A DNA stretch of 64,000 bases from an uncultured virus (IMG/VR IMGVR_UViG_3300032132_000750) (IMGVR_UViG_3300032132_000750), one strand, 5' to 3'. Counted from the first letter of the stretch, positions 20,666 through 33,273 are shown. Notes: generated by a model from the letters alone, not told the origin. Numbers and translations are program-made.

Positions 20666-20697
20666 TTGTGGGTGTCGGCTACGGTCGGCACCCACAA
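20666..20697 (+). terminator. GC-rich hairpin after ORF 19600
   Basis: TTGTGGGTGTCGGC-TACG-GTCGGCACCCACAA; no U-tract, so may be a stabiliser instead. Confidence 0.45.
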
Positions 20698-20720
20698 CCG
20701 ACCACGGATAGTAAGAATTT

Positions 20721-21578
20721 ATGCGTCGAGCAACAAAGAATATTCTTTCTCCCAAAGAGAAACTAGAAGCATCGCTTAAAGCTGCCAAAACTTTTGAAAA
20801 AGAGACTCAGCTAGGGCATGTGATGTTGCTACCCTCTAAGATAGAGGGTCGAGTGATGTTGCGGCATAAAAAATCCGCCTACTCCTCAACTCTTTCCACA
20901 ATATGTGTTTTGCCTCCAGAAGATAGGGTTATTCATCTACGGGGGAACGATGCCGAAAATGATATTTTAAATATCTCTACCCCAAAGCTTATTTATCAAT
21001 ACGATATTCCAATAAACAAAGTCAACAATACGGTATCCTCAGGTAACGGACACCTTTTTAAGGTTGACTCAAAAGCTGGAATGCCTCTTGTTGAGGCCCT
21101 AAAAACAGTTACGCAATTCTTTTTTCCTCACGTTTACTTTGCAGGGTCGAAAGGGGGCCACATGTGTATTACACACGGGGCCACCTACTCACCGCGTGCA
21201 TTGAATACTAAATTCTGGAGTAGCAACTTTACCAAAAATTGGAGACAAACTTACGGTGCTTCTTGGGACTTAGGTACTGACGGAGTGCTTTACCCTGCGA
21301 CAACACCTTCTGAATTCCAAAAACACCAAGAATCAGTCAGTCCAGTAATTGATGGGAAAAATAGAAGAACCCTTAATACGTATTCCGACTACTTTGAGCT
21401 ATTTGAGAAGCCTGTAGGAGTGTTCGCGTCCACAGATGCTGAAGTTCTCGAAAAGGTTGAAGAAAAAATCGACGGGATCGTAACTGGATTTGCGTTTTTA
21501 CGGGATCAAGATTACTGGGTTTGGCTTAAAGATGGGCAGTTCCTTCAAATAACCCCACAACAAGTTAAGGTTCTTTAG
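20721..21578 (+). CDS. Hypothetical protein
   Basis: 285-aa ORF. Confidence 0.6.
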   Translation: MRRATKNILSPKEKLEASLKAAKTFEKETQLGHVMLLPSKIEGRVMLRHKKSAYSSTLSTICVLPPEDRVIHLRGNDAENDILNISTPKLIYQYDIPINKVNNTVSSGNGHLFKVDSKAGMPLVEALKTVTQFFFPHVYFAGSKGGHMCITHGATYSPRALNTKFWSSNFTKNWRQTYGASWDLGTDGVLYPATTPSEFQKHQESVSPVIDGKNRRTLNTYSDYFELFEKPVGVFASTDAEVLEKVEEKIDGIVTGFAFLRDQDYWVWLKDGQFLQITPQQVKVL

Positions 21579-22220
21579 ATGAACATCGACCTTGATTACA
21601 CAGCGAAGGACATCAAGGTAGTTGATGGTCTCTCTCACGTGAGAGCGCGTCCTAAGATGTACGCAGGATCCGTGGATTCAAAAGGAGTCTTTAATCTTCT
21701 CAAGGAAGTGTTGAATAACTCCATCGACGAAGCAGTAAGCGGGCACTGCACAGAGATCAAAATAGAGCTGCACGACGATGATTCCATCTCTATAAGAGAT
21801 AACGGACGCGGAATTCCTATAGAGCGCCACTCTAAGCTCGATATGAGCATTTTGGAGGTGATTTTTACAAAAATAGGAGCTTGTGGTTGCGGTTGTGAAA
21901 AGCCTGCGGGGCATCGCCAAGATGTTAATGGTATGGGTCTTGCGCCAATCAATGCTCTTTCTGAATTTCTTCACGTAGAAACAACCCGAGAAGACCTTGT
22001 TGGATGGCTTTCAACATATCGTGCATCATTCGCCAAAGGTTCTATCGCCTCTTCGCTTGTAGAAGTAGCTCCTACCTTTTCTCGTGGGACAAAAATCACT
22101 TTCAAGCCAGATTCAGAAATCTTTGATGATACTTTTCTCGACGCAAATATTGTCGAAGCCCATATTGACAAACTTCAAGAGACCCTTAAGATACCACTCT
22201 CAATTGAGTTGGAGTATTAG
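21579..22220 (+). CDS. Stand-alone GyrB/ParE N-terminal GHKL ATPase domain
   Basis: GLSHVRARPKMY, EVLNNSIDE, DNGRGIP, GTKITFKPD; ends at 213 aa. Confidence 0.85.
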   Translation: MNIDLDYTAKDIKVVDGLSHVRARPKMYAGSVDSKGVFNLLKEVLNNSIDEAVSGHCTEIKIELHDDDSISIRDNGRGIPIERHSKLDMSILEVIFTKIGACGCGCEKPAGHRQDVNGMGLAPINALSEFLHVETTREDLVGWLSTYRASFAKGSIASSLVEVAPTFSRGTKITFKPDSEIFDDTFLDANIVEAHIDKLQETLKIPLSIELEY

Positions 22221-22819
22221 TGGATCTTAAAATATATTTTGCAGACAGAAAATCACCTTTATGTAATGCCTGGAAAAAAGATTTCAACGACACAGACGTT
22301 GAAATTCATGAGGGAGACATCTTCGATCTTGACGTGGACGCCGTAGTTAGTCCTGCTAATAGCTTTGGCTGGATGGATGGTGGTTTCGATTATCATCTTT
22401 CGGAAAAATTTGGATGGCATATTCAAGAAGAGCTAACACAACAAATCCATGATCGTCCAATGGGTGAATTACTTGTCGGTCAAGCTCTTGTTGTAGAGAC
22501 GGGAGACAAAGAAACCCCCTATCTCGTAATCGCGCCAACCATGCGTGTTCCGATGAATTTTGGAATCCCATCATCGGTTAATGCCTACCTAGCCATGAAA
22601 GCCGCGCTAATTGCCGCCAAAAAGCATGTAGGAATTACCTCCATAGCTTTTACAGGCTTCTGTACTGGAGTTGGGGGAATGCCTCCAAAAATTTGTTCCT
22701 TACAGATGAAAGCCGCCTATGATGAAATCATCCTAGGTATGAAAACCAAATCCAAAGGTTTCCACGACACCCAAACATTCCAATTTGACCTAAACCATTT
22801 GGGTAAAATCTATGGCTAA
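22220..22819 (+). CDS. Macro domain protein (ADP-ribose processing)
   Basis: GDIF, DAVVSPANSFGWMDGG, APTMRVP, GFCTGVGG. Confidence 0.9.
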   Translation: MDLKIYFADRKSPLCNAWKKDFNDTDVEIHEGDIFDLDVDAVVSPANSFGWMDGGFDYHLSEKFGWHIQEELTQQIHDRPMGELLVGQALVVETGDKETPYLVIAPTMRVPMNFGIPSSVNAYLAMKAALIAAKKHVGITSIAFTGFCTGVGGMPPKICSLQMKAAYDEIILGMKTKSKGFHDTQTFQFDLNHLGKIYG

Positions 22820-23342
22820 GGGACATATTTTCAAAATCAATGTTGTAGTTCCAGGTGAAAACGTAGAAGAGGCTTGGAAGAGTCTTCAAGAGAGTCCTTC
22901 TAAATATCTACCAACAGAGATGAGTGAGCGAATTCCCGTCACTATGGGTGATTGCACCTTAAAAGCGGTTCAAACCTACGGCAAAGAGCCTGAACTAACT
23001 AAACAACAACTAGGATATGCAGAACACTTTGGATGGTCTAGAAATCAGCGAGGCTGGTGGATTAAGCCAGAATATGAGTTCCGCCCAGAAGATGCGCGTT
23101 TCTCAGTTATAGCTTGGGGAAACGGCTGGGCTCCCAGACATTCGGCTTCTGGTTTGCTCGATAACGCTGCCTGGGCAGATTTACGTCCCGCGCTAAGAGT
23201 CGCGGATGAGATGTTCTTTAATATAGAACATTTCAAAAAAGATTGTGGTCTTTGTGCTGGATGTTTTGCAGACCTCCCCTATGAAGACATTTTTATGTTT
23301 GAAGGCGATAATTATTGTAGTACCGGCTGTGTTGATTTATGA
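22812..23342 (+). CDS. Hypothetical protein with C-terminal Cys cluster
   Basis: CAGC..YCSTGC. Confidence 0.55.
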   Translation: MAKGHIFKINVVVPGENVEEAWKSLQESPSKYLPTEMSERIPVTMGDCTLKAVQTYGKEPELTKQQLGYAEHFGWSRNQRGWWIKPEYEFRPEDARFSVIAWGNGWAPRHSASGLLDNAAWADLRPALRVADEMFFNIEHFKKDCGLCAGCFADLPYEDIFMFEGDNYCSTGCVDL

Positions 23343-23782
23343 TTTTTACCCTAGAGCGTTCTATTTCCGATCAACTTGTGGAATCTATTCTGGATTGTTC
23401 CGAAGATTGGGAAATTGATGGTACCTACCACACCCACAAAAGTGGCTTAAAGCTGTACGCGAGCGCCAATTATGATCAATTAAGATTAGTTTACCCGGCA
23501 TCGTATAAAGATATACGCTTTAGTTCTGAAGAAAAAAAGCAGCTATACAAAGCAGTTCTTTCTATAAGAAATGAAATTAAAAATACTAAAGAGTTAAAAG
23601 CAAAAGAAGCTCTTGTTGCTTTAATGAATAAAAAAGAAAAACCACCTAGAGGTTGGGGAGTAAACTACCCCAAGGATCACGACCTTGCCGGTGGAGATCC
23701 TATTAATTACTTTCATAAGGTAGCCTGGTTTGGGCTACTTCTTATTTTGGCCTTCATTTACATGTTGGTTAGAATCGCCTAA
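23339..23782 (+). CDS. Hypothetical protein with C-terminal TM helix
   Basis: VAWFGLLLILAFIYMLV. Confidence 0.55.
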   Translation: MIFTLERSISDQLVESILDCSEDWEIDGTYHTHKSGLKLYASANYDQLRLVYPASYKDIRFSSEEKKQLYKAVLSIRNEIKNTKELKAKEALVALMNKKEKPPRGWGVNYPKDHDLAGGDPINYFHKVAWFGLLLILAFIYMLVRIA

Positions 23783-23815
23783 CAAGCTCAAAACACCCGA
23801 CCAGGAGAATTAGCA

Positions 23816-24601
23816 ATGAGCCAGACCGCGAATGTTTCACAGTTGTTTCAAGATGCGCACGATGCTGGGGATCTCTCTCAAACCAGCATGGAGGCATTTA
23901 ATATCGTAGATCCCGGAGCACAGATTCAAAATGCTTTGGGTATTGATGTCGATGACGTTACTGCCAGCGATGTTGTGCTTGTCACAATGATGGTAGACGA
24001 TTCGGGATCAATGGCGGGCAGTAAGGCTGACGTTGCCGCTGAAGGCCACAATGAAGTTCTCTCTGCCTTTGACGGAAGTGCCCAGAAGGATAGCCTTTTG
24101 GTTCACAGTCGGCTGCTCAATGGGCAGTTGATTAGTCCTTTCTGTGCCTTGGATCAGGTTACCAAGTTGGAGCCCAAGGTCAATTACAAGTGCAACAAGG
24201 GTACTCCACTCTACGATCAGAGTGTTGCACTGCTTGCGACGGTGATTGCAAAGACTCAGGAGTTTGCAGACAATGGTGTTCCTGCGCGAAGCGTGACTCT
24301 CATTGTCAGTGACGGCGCTGATATGCACTCCACCTCCAAGGCTTCCGCAGTCAAGAGTGTTGTGGACGATATGCTCCGCACAGAAAATCACATCATCGCC
24401 TTCATGGGCATTGATGACGGTTACACAGATTTCAAGCAAGTTGCTCAGGATATGGGAATCCGCGACGAGTGGATTCTTACTCCGGCAAACTCTGCTAAGG
24501 ACATTCGTGATGCCTTTGCATTGTTCTCTCAGAGTGCTGTGCGGGCTTCGCAGAACGCAGCTAGCTTCAGCAAGGCTGCGATGGGCGGCTTCGGCTCCTA
24601 A
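23816..24601 (+). CDS. vWA domain protein (TerY-like)
   Basis: MIDAS motif DDSGSM, GTPLYD, IVSDG; SD AGGAG. Confidence 0.85.
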   Translation: MSQTANVSQLFQDAHDAGDLSQTSMEAFNIVDPGAQIQNALGIDVDDVTASDVVLVTMMVDDSGSMAGSKADVAAEGHNEVLSAFDGSAQKDSLLVHSRLLNGQLISPFCALDQVTKLEPKVNYKCNKGTPLYDQSVALLATVIAKTQEFADNGVPARSVTLIVSDGADMHSTSKASAVKSVVDDMLRTENHIIAFMGIDDGYTDFKQVAQDMGIRDEWILTPANSAKDIRDAFALFSQSAVRASQNAASFSKAAMGGFGS

Positions 24602-24612
24602 CAGCTAGGGGT

Positions 24613-24683
24613 AGCGCGTTGGTCTAACAGACAAGACGCTTCCTTTGTGGGAAGAAATCTAGGTGCAACTCCTAGACGCGCTA
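24613..24683 (+). tRNA. tRNA-like gene with 6-nt anticodon loop (identity ambiguous, Gln or Thr)
   Basis: AGCGCGT/ACGCGCT-A, GTCT/AGAC, CTTCC-TTTGTG-GGAAG, CTAGG-TGCAACT-CCTAG. Confidence 0.6.
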
Positions 24684-24684
24684 T

Positions 24685-24936
24685 ATGAATACAGTAGAAA
24701 AAATAGTTCAAGAAGCATTGGATAAAAACCTAAATACCGGAGAAGAGCATTTTCTCGGATTATTGCAACCCTTGGCGAAAACCTGTGGAGCAGAAACCGA
24801 AGATGCGATTTTTGAGTGGATGCAACAGCTAGGAACTTCATTGGGACTTTCGGGGCTCATTATGATGTCTGGTCGAGGCAAACCGAGCGAGCTTTGGGCA
24901 GTAAAACGAAAACGTGTTCCACTACAAAATACCTGA
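24685..24936 (+). CDS. Hypothetical protein
   Basis: 83-aa ORF. Confidence 0.45.
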   Translation: MNTVEKIVQEALDKNLNTGEEHFLGLLQPLAKTCGAETEDAIFEWMQQLGTSLGLSGLIMMSGRGKPSELWAVKRKRVPLQNT

Positions 24937-25744
24937 TCCACAATTCGAAGAAACAGTCTGGGAGCTAACCGAAAGGCGTCCCACGCACGCCTATGTACCG
25001 ATTGATGGTAAGTTTCATCTGAAGAAGTGTTCTTTTAGAAATGAGGAGGCTCCTCGTCTTTTAGACGAAGGCTGGCAAGACTGGCGTGTTAAAAAATTAC
25101 AGTGGAGCATTAAAGTCACGGAAGGAGAGGAAGAGTTCGACGGTTGGAAAATTGCGAGATCTTTTACGATTTCTACAGAACGTGTTTCCATTGTTCGAAC
25201 AGATGCTAAAGACGTTGATCACATTATTCTCATTCGAACTGAATCTTTGCAGGAAGTAAAACCAAATTTTATAGAGAACAAATTTAATATACCAATAAAA
25301 CCGTGCAGAGTAGTTAGTAGGGAAGCTCATCCCATTGTTGGTGATACCTTCCCAAACGGAGAGAAAATCCGAGTTTATTGTTGGTGCGAAGTTCATGACG
25401 CCAATGCTGAAGAAGGTCATACGGCTTGCGAGCGGGCTATTCCTCGGGAATACTTACCCTGTGATATAGAAAGTGATCAAGGAGGAACCTACTGCAATAC
25501 GCACGGATCTTCCCTAAATTTTGAGTCTTTTTGCGAGGATTACAAAGGGCCGACTGAACTAGTCGGAAAGGTTATGTGGTTCCGTGGGGAAACTATAATT
25601 CCTTGGGACTACCAGTCTTGCACTTTCCTGCGAGATTACTCTTCTAATACAGAAAAAGACGGATGCTATACTCATGAAAGTAACCGGGAGCCCGGCAAAC
25701 CCTACTGCGGCAAATACGACGGACCCCTCAGAATTATCTTTTGA
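24914..25744 (+). CDS. Hypothetical Cys/His-rich protein
   Basis: 276-aa ORF with repeated CxxH motifs. Confidence 0.55.
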   Translation: MFHYKIPDPQFEETVWELTERRPTHAYVPIDGKFHLKKCSFRNEEAPRLLDEGWQDWRVKKLQWSIKVTEGEEEFDGWKIARSFTISTERVSIVRTDAKDVDHIILIRTESLQEVKPNFIENKFNIPIKPCRVVSREAHPIVGDTFPNGEKIRVYCWCEVHDANAEEGHTACERAIPREYLPCDIESDQGGTYCNTHGSSLNFESFCEDYKGPTELVGKVMWFRGETIIPWDYQSCTFLRDYSSNTEKDGCYTHESNREPGKPYCGKYDGPLRIIF

Positions 25745-26047
25745 GGAGTGGTATGACGAAAACAAAGAACGATTGAGTATTTGCGGTAAAGTATCTGCCC
25801 TCAAAGAGGCGTGGAATGCTGCCAAAAAAACTTTCCAGTGTCACAGACACGTAACAAAAATTAATTTTTTCGAGGAATAATATGACAAATGCGCAAAAAG
25901 AAGCACTCGAAGCCTTAGAGGCTATTGAATGCCAGATGGCCGAGAAAGGCTCTACCTGTAAAGGCCCTTGGTGTAGTGCCAGGAAAAAGGTTCTCGAATC
26001 TTTTACTAGCCTAGAGTGCTTTGAGGTTCAGGTTCCTGAGAAAGACG

Positions 26048-26383
26048 ATGCTTGAGCTACAATCTTTTTTTGAGGCCCAAACATCCATACTAGACAACAT
26101 CGGTAAGCTCATCGGCTATGGTAGTGGTTTGCACGACTACCCTCTAATTGACGAGACTGATAGAAAATGGGCACTGAACGGCTCTTCAGAGATTTATTTA
26201 CTCGATTCTGACAGTGATGATCCTGATGATGGCTACGCCTATAATGTAGATTCTTACTCCGCAAAGGGTGAGAGATATTTCATGGGATCCACAGATGAAC
26301 ATACTATTGTGATGGCAAGCTGCGACAATAGCGGTAATACTTATATCTTTGCACTGAGTAATGAATTGAAAGTCGAACTGTAG
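26048..26383 (+). CDS. Hypothetical protein
   Basis: ATG in frame with ORF 26021. Confidence 0.55.
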   Translation: MLELQSFFEAQTSILDNIGKLIGYGSGLHDYPLIDETDRKWALNGSSEIYLLDSDSDDPDDGYAYNVDSYSAKGERYFMGSTDEHTIVMASCDNSGNTYIFALSNELKVEL

Positions 26384-26384
26384 C

Positions 26385-26884
26385 ATGATTTATTTTCTCG
26401 TAGGGCCGATGGGCGTCGGGAAAAACTATGTCGGGAAACAACTTGCCTCCAACTTGGATTGCGAGTTTGTAGACGGAGATGACTTCGTCCCACAAGCAAT
26501 GGCAAAGAAAGTATCGAGGTTTAAGCGTCTGTCGATGCGGGATTTAAATAACTTCGTCCTAGAACATTTGATCCCCGCTATAGAAACTTTACATTCTGAG
26601 CATGAAAATATAGTCGTTGCCCAGGCTCTTTACCGAAAAGGCCACCGGGCCTTAATAAAAGATAAGTTTGGGGATGATTGTGTTTTTATTCACATCAAAG
26701 TTCCTTTGCTTACTAACATCAAACGATTGTTGAGTAGGGAAAAGGGTCTTAGATGGGCGCTATATGGTCTCATCAATAGGCCCTTTTTTCAGTCCGATGG
26801 TTTGAAATATAGCGCTGACAATGACACTGATAAAGTGTTTACCCTCAAAAGAAGCACGAATGAAATATTCGAACCGGGGAAATA

Positions 26885-26885
<1 letters not shown>
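26385..26885 (+). CDS. P-loop kinase (gluconate/shikimate kinase-like)
   Basis: GPMGVGK, FVDGDDF. Confidence 0.75.
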
Positions 26886-28925
<2,040 letters not shown>

Positions 28926-28936
<11 letters not shown>

Positions 28937-29507
28937 ATGCAAAGAGTGTCGCGGCTATGAGTGGCTATGTAATGGGTCCTGCACAGACCCTGAAAATCAT
29001 GTAGTCCGTAAAGATTGCAAAAATCCCGCTGATTGTGGGACGTGCAAAATAAAACAAGAGGAAAAAGATTTTCTTGTTCTTCTTAGAAGTATTTGTAAGC
29101 GCCCAGCCATGTATGTCGGGATTGCCAAGATTCGTCTAGTCACAACCCTTATACTGGGTCTTTCTTGGGGCCATGACACCGGGAAACGTGGAGGCAGCTA
29201 CGCTTCAATAGGTGGTGGCAAGCTAGTTAACGGCTTTTGGTCTTGGGCGATGTCCCAATACGATACTCCAATTAGCCATCCTGGTTGGGGATTAGATCGA
29301 ATTCTTCTTCATTTTAATGATCACGACCATCTTAAGGCTATCGCAGCTATTGCTCCCCTATACGAGAAATGGCTTGAGGAGAAAGAAACTTTCTTCAAGA
29401 AAACTATGGAAGAACACAAGCAGGAAGATAAAGCTCGCCTACTAGAGAAATACGGTAAGGATTGGGGTGCTCCTGATTGCGATAAATGTGAGGGGTGGCA
29501 GCTTTAA
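28926..29507 (+). CDS. Hypothetical protein with Cys-rich N-terminus
   Basis: CxxC motifs; I.KRPAMY.G motif. Confidence 0.55.
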
Positions 29508-29809
29508 TGACAGAAATGGACCCCGCACTCAGAAAAGAATTTGAAGAGTTTATCGAAGATGACATCCAATTATCGAATGACTTGGATGACGTAAAAGAAT
29601 TGATCTGGCAGGGCTTTCTCTTTGGATTGAATAAAAGTCGAGAATATCCAGAAGCATTTAAGGCAACCTGCGCCCATTGCAATAATTCAATCACTGAAAA
29701 TTCAGAAGGTGTGCTCGTCTGGAAGCATGATATAGCTATAGAAGAGGGCTGGATCTGGGATTTCGATAGTCAGACTTGGTCTTGCCCAGATTGCGCCACT
29801 AGCGGCTAG
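29495..29809 (+). CDS. Hypothetical zinc-finger protein
   Basis: CAHC..GW..CPDC. Confidence 0.55.
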   Translation: MAALMTEMDPALRKEFEEFIEDDIQLSNDLDDVKELIWQGFLFGLNKSREYPEAFKATCAHCNNSITENSEGVLVWKHDIAIEEGWIWDFDSQTWSCPDCATSG

Positions 29810-29839
29810 ACTTTTCGTGCCTTCGTGCTATGCTCAGAC

Positions 29840-30301
29840 ATGAATAATACATTGAATATTGAAAAAATTAGAACCCTTGTTAAATCAATCTGTCCAAAAC
29901 AAGAACATTTGCTTGACGACAAGAAAGTAATTTCTTTCTTTGAAAGTCTCAAACCAGCTTTTGCAGAACTAAACTTAGAGAAAAAATTTACTGCAAAAGG
30001 ACTTTACTCGGGCGTAGATTTTGCTTATCGCCATCCTTTAGTTTTTTGGACTCGCACGGGAATAGACTTCGCCAAGCGATATCCAGATGAGCTTTATGCT
30101 GATTTTTATGTTGAGGGAAATAAGCTCTGCTTTGAAACAAGTAACGTAGAAGAACAAGATTTTATGGATTATTATGACGGAGAGTTGAGCAAACAGTGGC
30201 CTCTAACAAGCCTTCATGAAGATCCAGAAGCACTGAAAAAAGAAGTGATGGCTTGTTTTAAAGCTTTTTACTCCAAATACCACGCCACTAAAAATTGGTA
30301 A
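29840..30301 (+). CDS. Hypothetical protein
   Basis: ATG 5 nt after TG-C-TATGCT. Confidence 0.55.
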   Translation: MNNTLNIEKIRTLVKSICPKQEHLLDDKKVISFFESLKPAFAELNLEKKFTAKGLYSGVDFAYRHPLVFWTRTGIDFAKRYPDELYADFYVEGNKLCFETSNVEEQDFMDYYDGELSKQWPLTSLHEDPEALKKEVMACFKAFYSKYHATKNW

Positions 30302-30314
30302 AGAGGGGGAATTT

Positions 30315-30932
30315 ATGATTATTAAAGTAGGAACCAACAATCCCATTAAAGTAGAGGCTGTTAAAGGCTTGCTCGCAGAGTATCCTGAAATAGCTGATAC
30401 GGGTGCTAGCAAATGGAAAGTTTCTGGTGCTAAAATTCCGTCAGGAGTTAGCGAGCAACCGCTTTCTGTCAGAGAAACATATCTAGGGGCTTTTAATCGG
30501 GCCGTTGGTGCTTTTGAGGATGGAGCTGATTTAGGTATCGGCATCGAAAGCGGTATTACCAAAGGACCTCTGGGGTGGTTCAATTTTACAGCAGCGGTAA
30601 TATGCAATAGTGAGATCCCAGAATGGATTCGTATTGCGCTCTGGGATTCGAGCTACCTTCCTCCTGTAGAAAATCCCTACGGAATTCACTTCGGCCAAAG
30701 CACAGGTTTTCCTTTGCCTCCTAAGATTGTCGATAAAATCGTCCACGAAGGTATGGACCTAGATCAGGCGGCTTATGCTTGTGGCTTTGTCGATGTTCCT
30801 AATATCGGTAAGGTCGAGGGCGGCTTCCTCGGAGTCTTGACTAAGGGTCGGATATCCCGTAAAGTCTATAGTAGACAAGCTCTCCAAATGGCCTTGATTT
30901 CTCTAGAAAACGAGGAAATGTTTTCTGTCTGA
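30315..30932 (+). CDS. yjjX: Inosine/xanthosine triphosphatase (YjjX/DUF84 family)
   Basis: GTNNPIKVEAV, SGVSEQP, ETYLGAFNRA, GIGIESG, LTKGRISR. Confidence 0.88.
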   Translation: MIIKVGTNNPIKVEAVKGLLAEYPEIADTGASKWKVSGAKIPSGVSEQPLSVRETYLGAFNRAVGAFEDGADLGIGIESGITKGPLGWFNFTAAVICNSEIPEWIRIALWDSSYLPPVENPYGIHFGQSTGFPLPPKIVDKIVHEGMDLDQAAYACGFVDVPNIGKVEGGFLGVLTKGRISRKVYSRQALQMALISLENEEMFSV

Positions 30933-31320
30933 TCCCATCCCACAAGAAGTTCTTGACAGAAATAAACGTTATTGGGGAGAGGATTTCGATCCGAAGCGTC
31001 TTGTTTGGTATTCTAAGGCTACCACATCGAAATGTGACGCCTGGATCAAGGCTTTAAAAACGGGTAAGGCAACCCACGGGGAGAAACCTAGTGGTAAGAA
31101 AACTTTTCATATCAACGGTTGGAGAAAATGTCATACAACGAATTACTGGTGTTACTACGCTAAGTATGCACTCGCTAAAGTAGTAAATGAAGCATCCGGA
31201 TCCTGAACTTCTCAAACTCACCGCTGCTGCCGTAGTTTCCTACTCCATCAGATTAGCCTTTAGTGTTCTTGTTTTTGTGCTGTTAGCAGTAGCTAGCAGC
31301 GCCCTCTAGAACGGATAACA

Positions 31321-32772
31321 ATGTCCAAGTTCTACGTTACGACTCCGATTTACTATGTGAATAGTAAACCCCACATTGGTCACGCATATACAACTATTGC
31401 AGCCGATGTGCTGGCTAGAAATGCGTCTCTCGCAAACCAGGAGCCCTTTTTCGTTACCGGGAGTGATGAAAATAGCCTCAAGAACGTAGAAGCTGCTCAA
31501 GCGGCAGATAAGCCTATCAAAGAGTTCATCGATGAATTGGCAGGTGTTTGGGCCAAGGCGTGGGATGATCTTGGTATCAAATACGACACTTTTATTCGAA
31601 CCTCACAACCTCGGCATATTGCTGGGGTGCTTAAGTTTTGGGAGACTGTAAAAGCCTCCGGTGATCTCTATAAAGGTACCTACGAGGGGCTATATTGTCC
31701 CGGCTGTGAAGCTTTTGTCGTAGAATCGGATCTTGAGAACGGTGAATGCCCATCACACCTTCGTCGCCCAGATACCGTGAAAGAGGATAACTACTTCTTC
31801 AAAGCCTCTAAATACAAACAGCAGCTTCTTGACCATATTGAAGCTAATCCTGATTTCATAGAGCCCAAAGCTCGGCGCAACGAAGTAATTGCTTACATCA
31901 AAGAGCACTTCGGAAATATTAGCGTTTCTCGCCAGGCCCTAGAGTGGGGAATCCCAGTTCCTGACGAGCCGGACCAAGTAATTTATGTCTGGTTTGATGC
32001 TCTCATCAACTACCTAACTGCTGTTGGTTATGGGTGGAATGAAGAGCTTTTTGAGAAACAATGGCCAGCCGACCTGCATCTAGTTGGCAAAGATATTATC
32101 AAATTCCACTGCGCTCTCTGGCCTGCGATGCTTATGTCTGCAGGGCTCCCACTACCCAAGAAAGTCTTTGCTCATGGTTTCTTTACTGTAGACGGGCAGA
32201 AAATTGGTAAGTCTTTGGGTAATGCCATTGATCCTTTGCACATTGCAGAAGAATACGGCAACGAAGCTTTTCGTTACTACCTTTTTAGCAGAATACCTTT
32301 TGGGAGTGATGGAGATTTCAGCTTCAAACAATTGAGAGAATGTTATGATGCCGATTTGGCTAATACCCTTGGTAATTTGGCTTCTCGTGTTGCTGGTATG
32401 TCAGTAAAATACTGCAATGGTCGAATTGATACTTCTCCCGAGGACATTAAAACCTACGGACGGGCCTCTGATCAATGGTTAAGCGGTATTCGAGAATTGA
32501 CTGCGGCCTGCCATTTTAAAGCTGCTCTCGGTGATATCCTTGAGCAAGCTCGCAAACTCAACAAAGCCATCGAAGACGCTAAGCCTTGGGTTATGTTTAA
32601 AGAAGGTGATACGCAGCAAGTTCGTGATTTCTTAGGGCTCCTTGCTTACAACCTTGTTTATATTGGCTACGCCATCAACCCATATTTGCCGGAAACAGGG
32701 CGGAAACTGGCAAAGATTTTCTCACAACAGGAAGTCAGCAAACTGGCTCCCCTATTCCCAAAAAAGGTCTAA
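31321..32772 (+). CDS. metG: Methionyl-tRNA synthetase (short, monomeric type)
   Basis: YVTTPIYYVN..PHIGHAY, YVWFDAL, GKDIIKFH, KIGKSLGN; no C-terminal tRNA-binding domain. Confidence 0.96.
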   Translation: MSKFYVTTPIYYVNSKPHIGHAYTTIAADVLARNASLANQEPFFVTGSDENSLKNVEAAQAADKPIKEFIDELAGVWAKAWDDLGIKYDTFIRTSQPRHIAGVLKFWETVKASGDLYKGTYEGLYCPGCEAFVVESDLENGECPSHLRRPDTVKEDNYFFKASKYKQQLLDHIEANPDFIEPKARRNEVIAYIKEHFGNISVSRQALEWGIPVPDEPDQVIYVWFDALINYLTAVGYGWNEELFEKQWPADLHLVGKDIIKFHCALWPAMLMSAGLPLPKKVFAHGFFTVDGQKIGKSLGNAIDPLHIAEEYGNEAFRYYLFSRIPFGSDGDFSFKQLRECYDADLANTLGNLASRVAGMSVKYCNGRIDTSPEDIKTYGRASDQWLSGIRELTAACHFKAALGDILEQARKLNKAIEDAKPWVMFKEGDTQQVRDFLGLLAYNLVYIGYAINPYLPETGRKLAKIFSQQEVSKLAPLFPKKV

Positions 32773-32773
32773 C

Positions 32774-32989
32774 ATGATCGATAACCTCCCCGAGCTTTCC
32801 GAAACTGTTGTTTTTGATATTGTTGATGAGCTTACAGATGAACCAGGGTTTGAAACCTGGTGGCGTAGTCTCTCTGAGACTAAGCGGACTATTCTTTGCA
32901 AAGCAATGGAAGAACATGTGACTTCTAACATTGAGCGACAAGCGGCTGTTGATCTTAAAAAGGCAGGTGTTGTGTGTCAAAAATCTTAG
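32774..32989 (+). CDS. Hypothetical protein
   Basis: ATG directly after the metG stop. Confidence 0.45.
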   Translation: MIDNLPELSETVVFDIVDELTDEPGFETWWRSLSETKRTILCKAMEEHVTSNIERQAAVDLKKAGVVCQKS

Positions 32990-33273
32990 AGGTAGAGGCA
33001 AACATTTCTTCTTATAAAAAGAAACGTCTTAAATTTTCATCATACCCAGCATTAAACGCTGAAGAAATTGCGTGCTGTGATAGAGAACTTGCGTTACTAG
33101 AAAAATCTCATGCAGAGATGCTGTCTAATAGATGTCTTCCATGCTGCGGAACAGGTCGTCATCGGGTTTGGTTTTTCTTCTCACGGCGCTGTGTTGAATG
33201 TTGTGGCGATGGGCATCTAGTCCACGTAAAAGCAACAAAAGCTAATAACCCAGAAGCTTTGATCGAAGACTGA
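32974..33273 (+). CDS. Hypothetical protein with DnaJ-like CxxCxGxG motifs
   Basis: CLPCCGTG, CVECCGDG. Confidence 0.5.
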   Translation: MSKILEVEANISSYKKKRLKFSSYPALNAEEIACCDRELALLEKSHAEMLSNRCLPCCGTGRHRVWFFFSRRCVECCGDGHLVHVKATKANNPEALIED

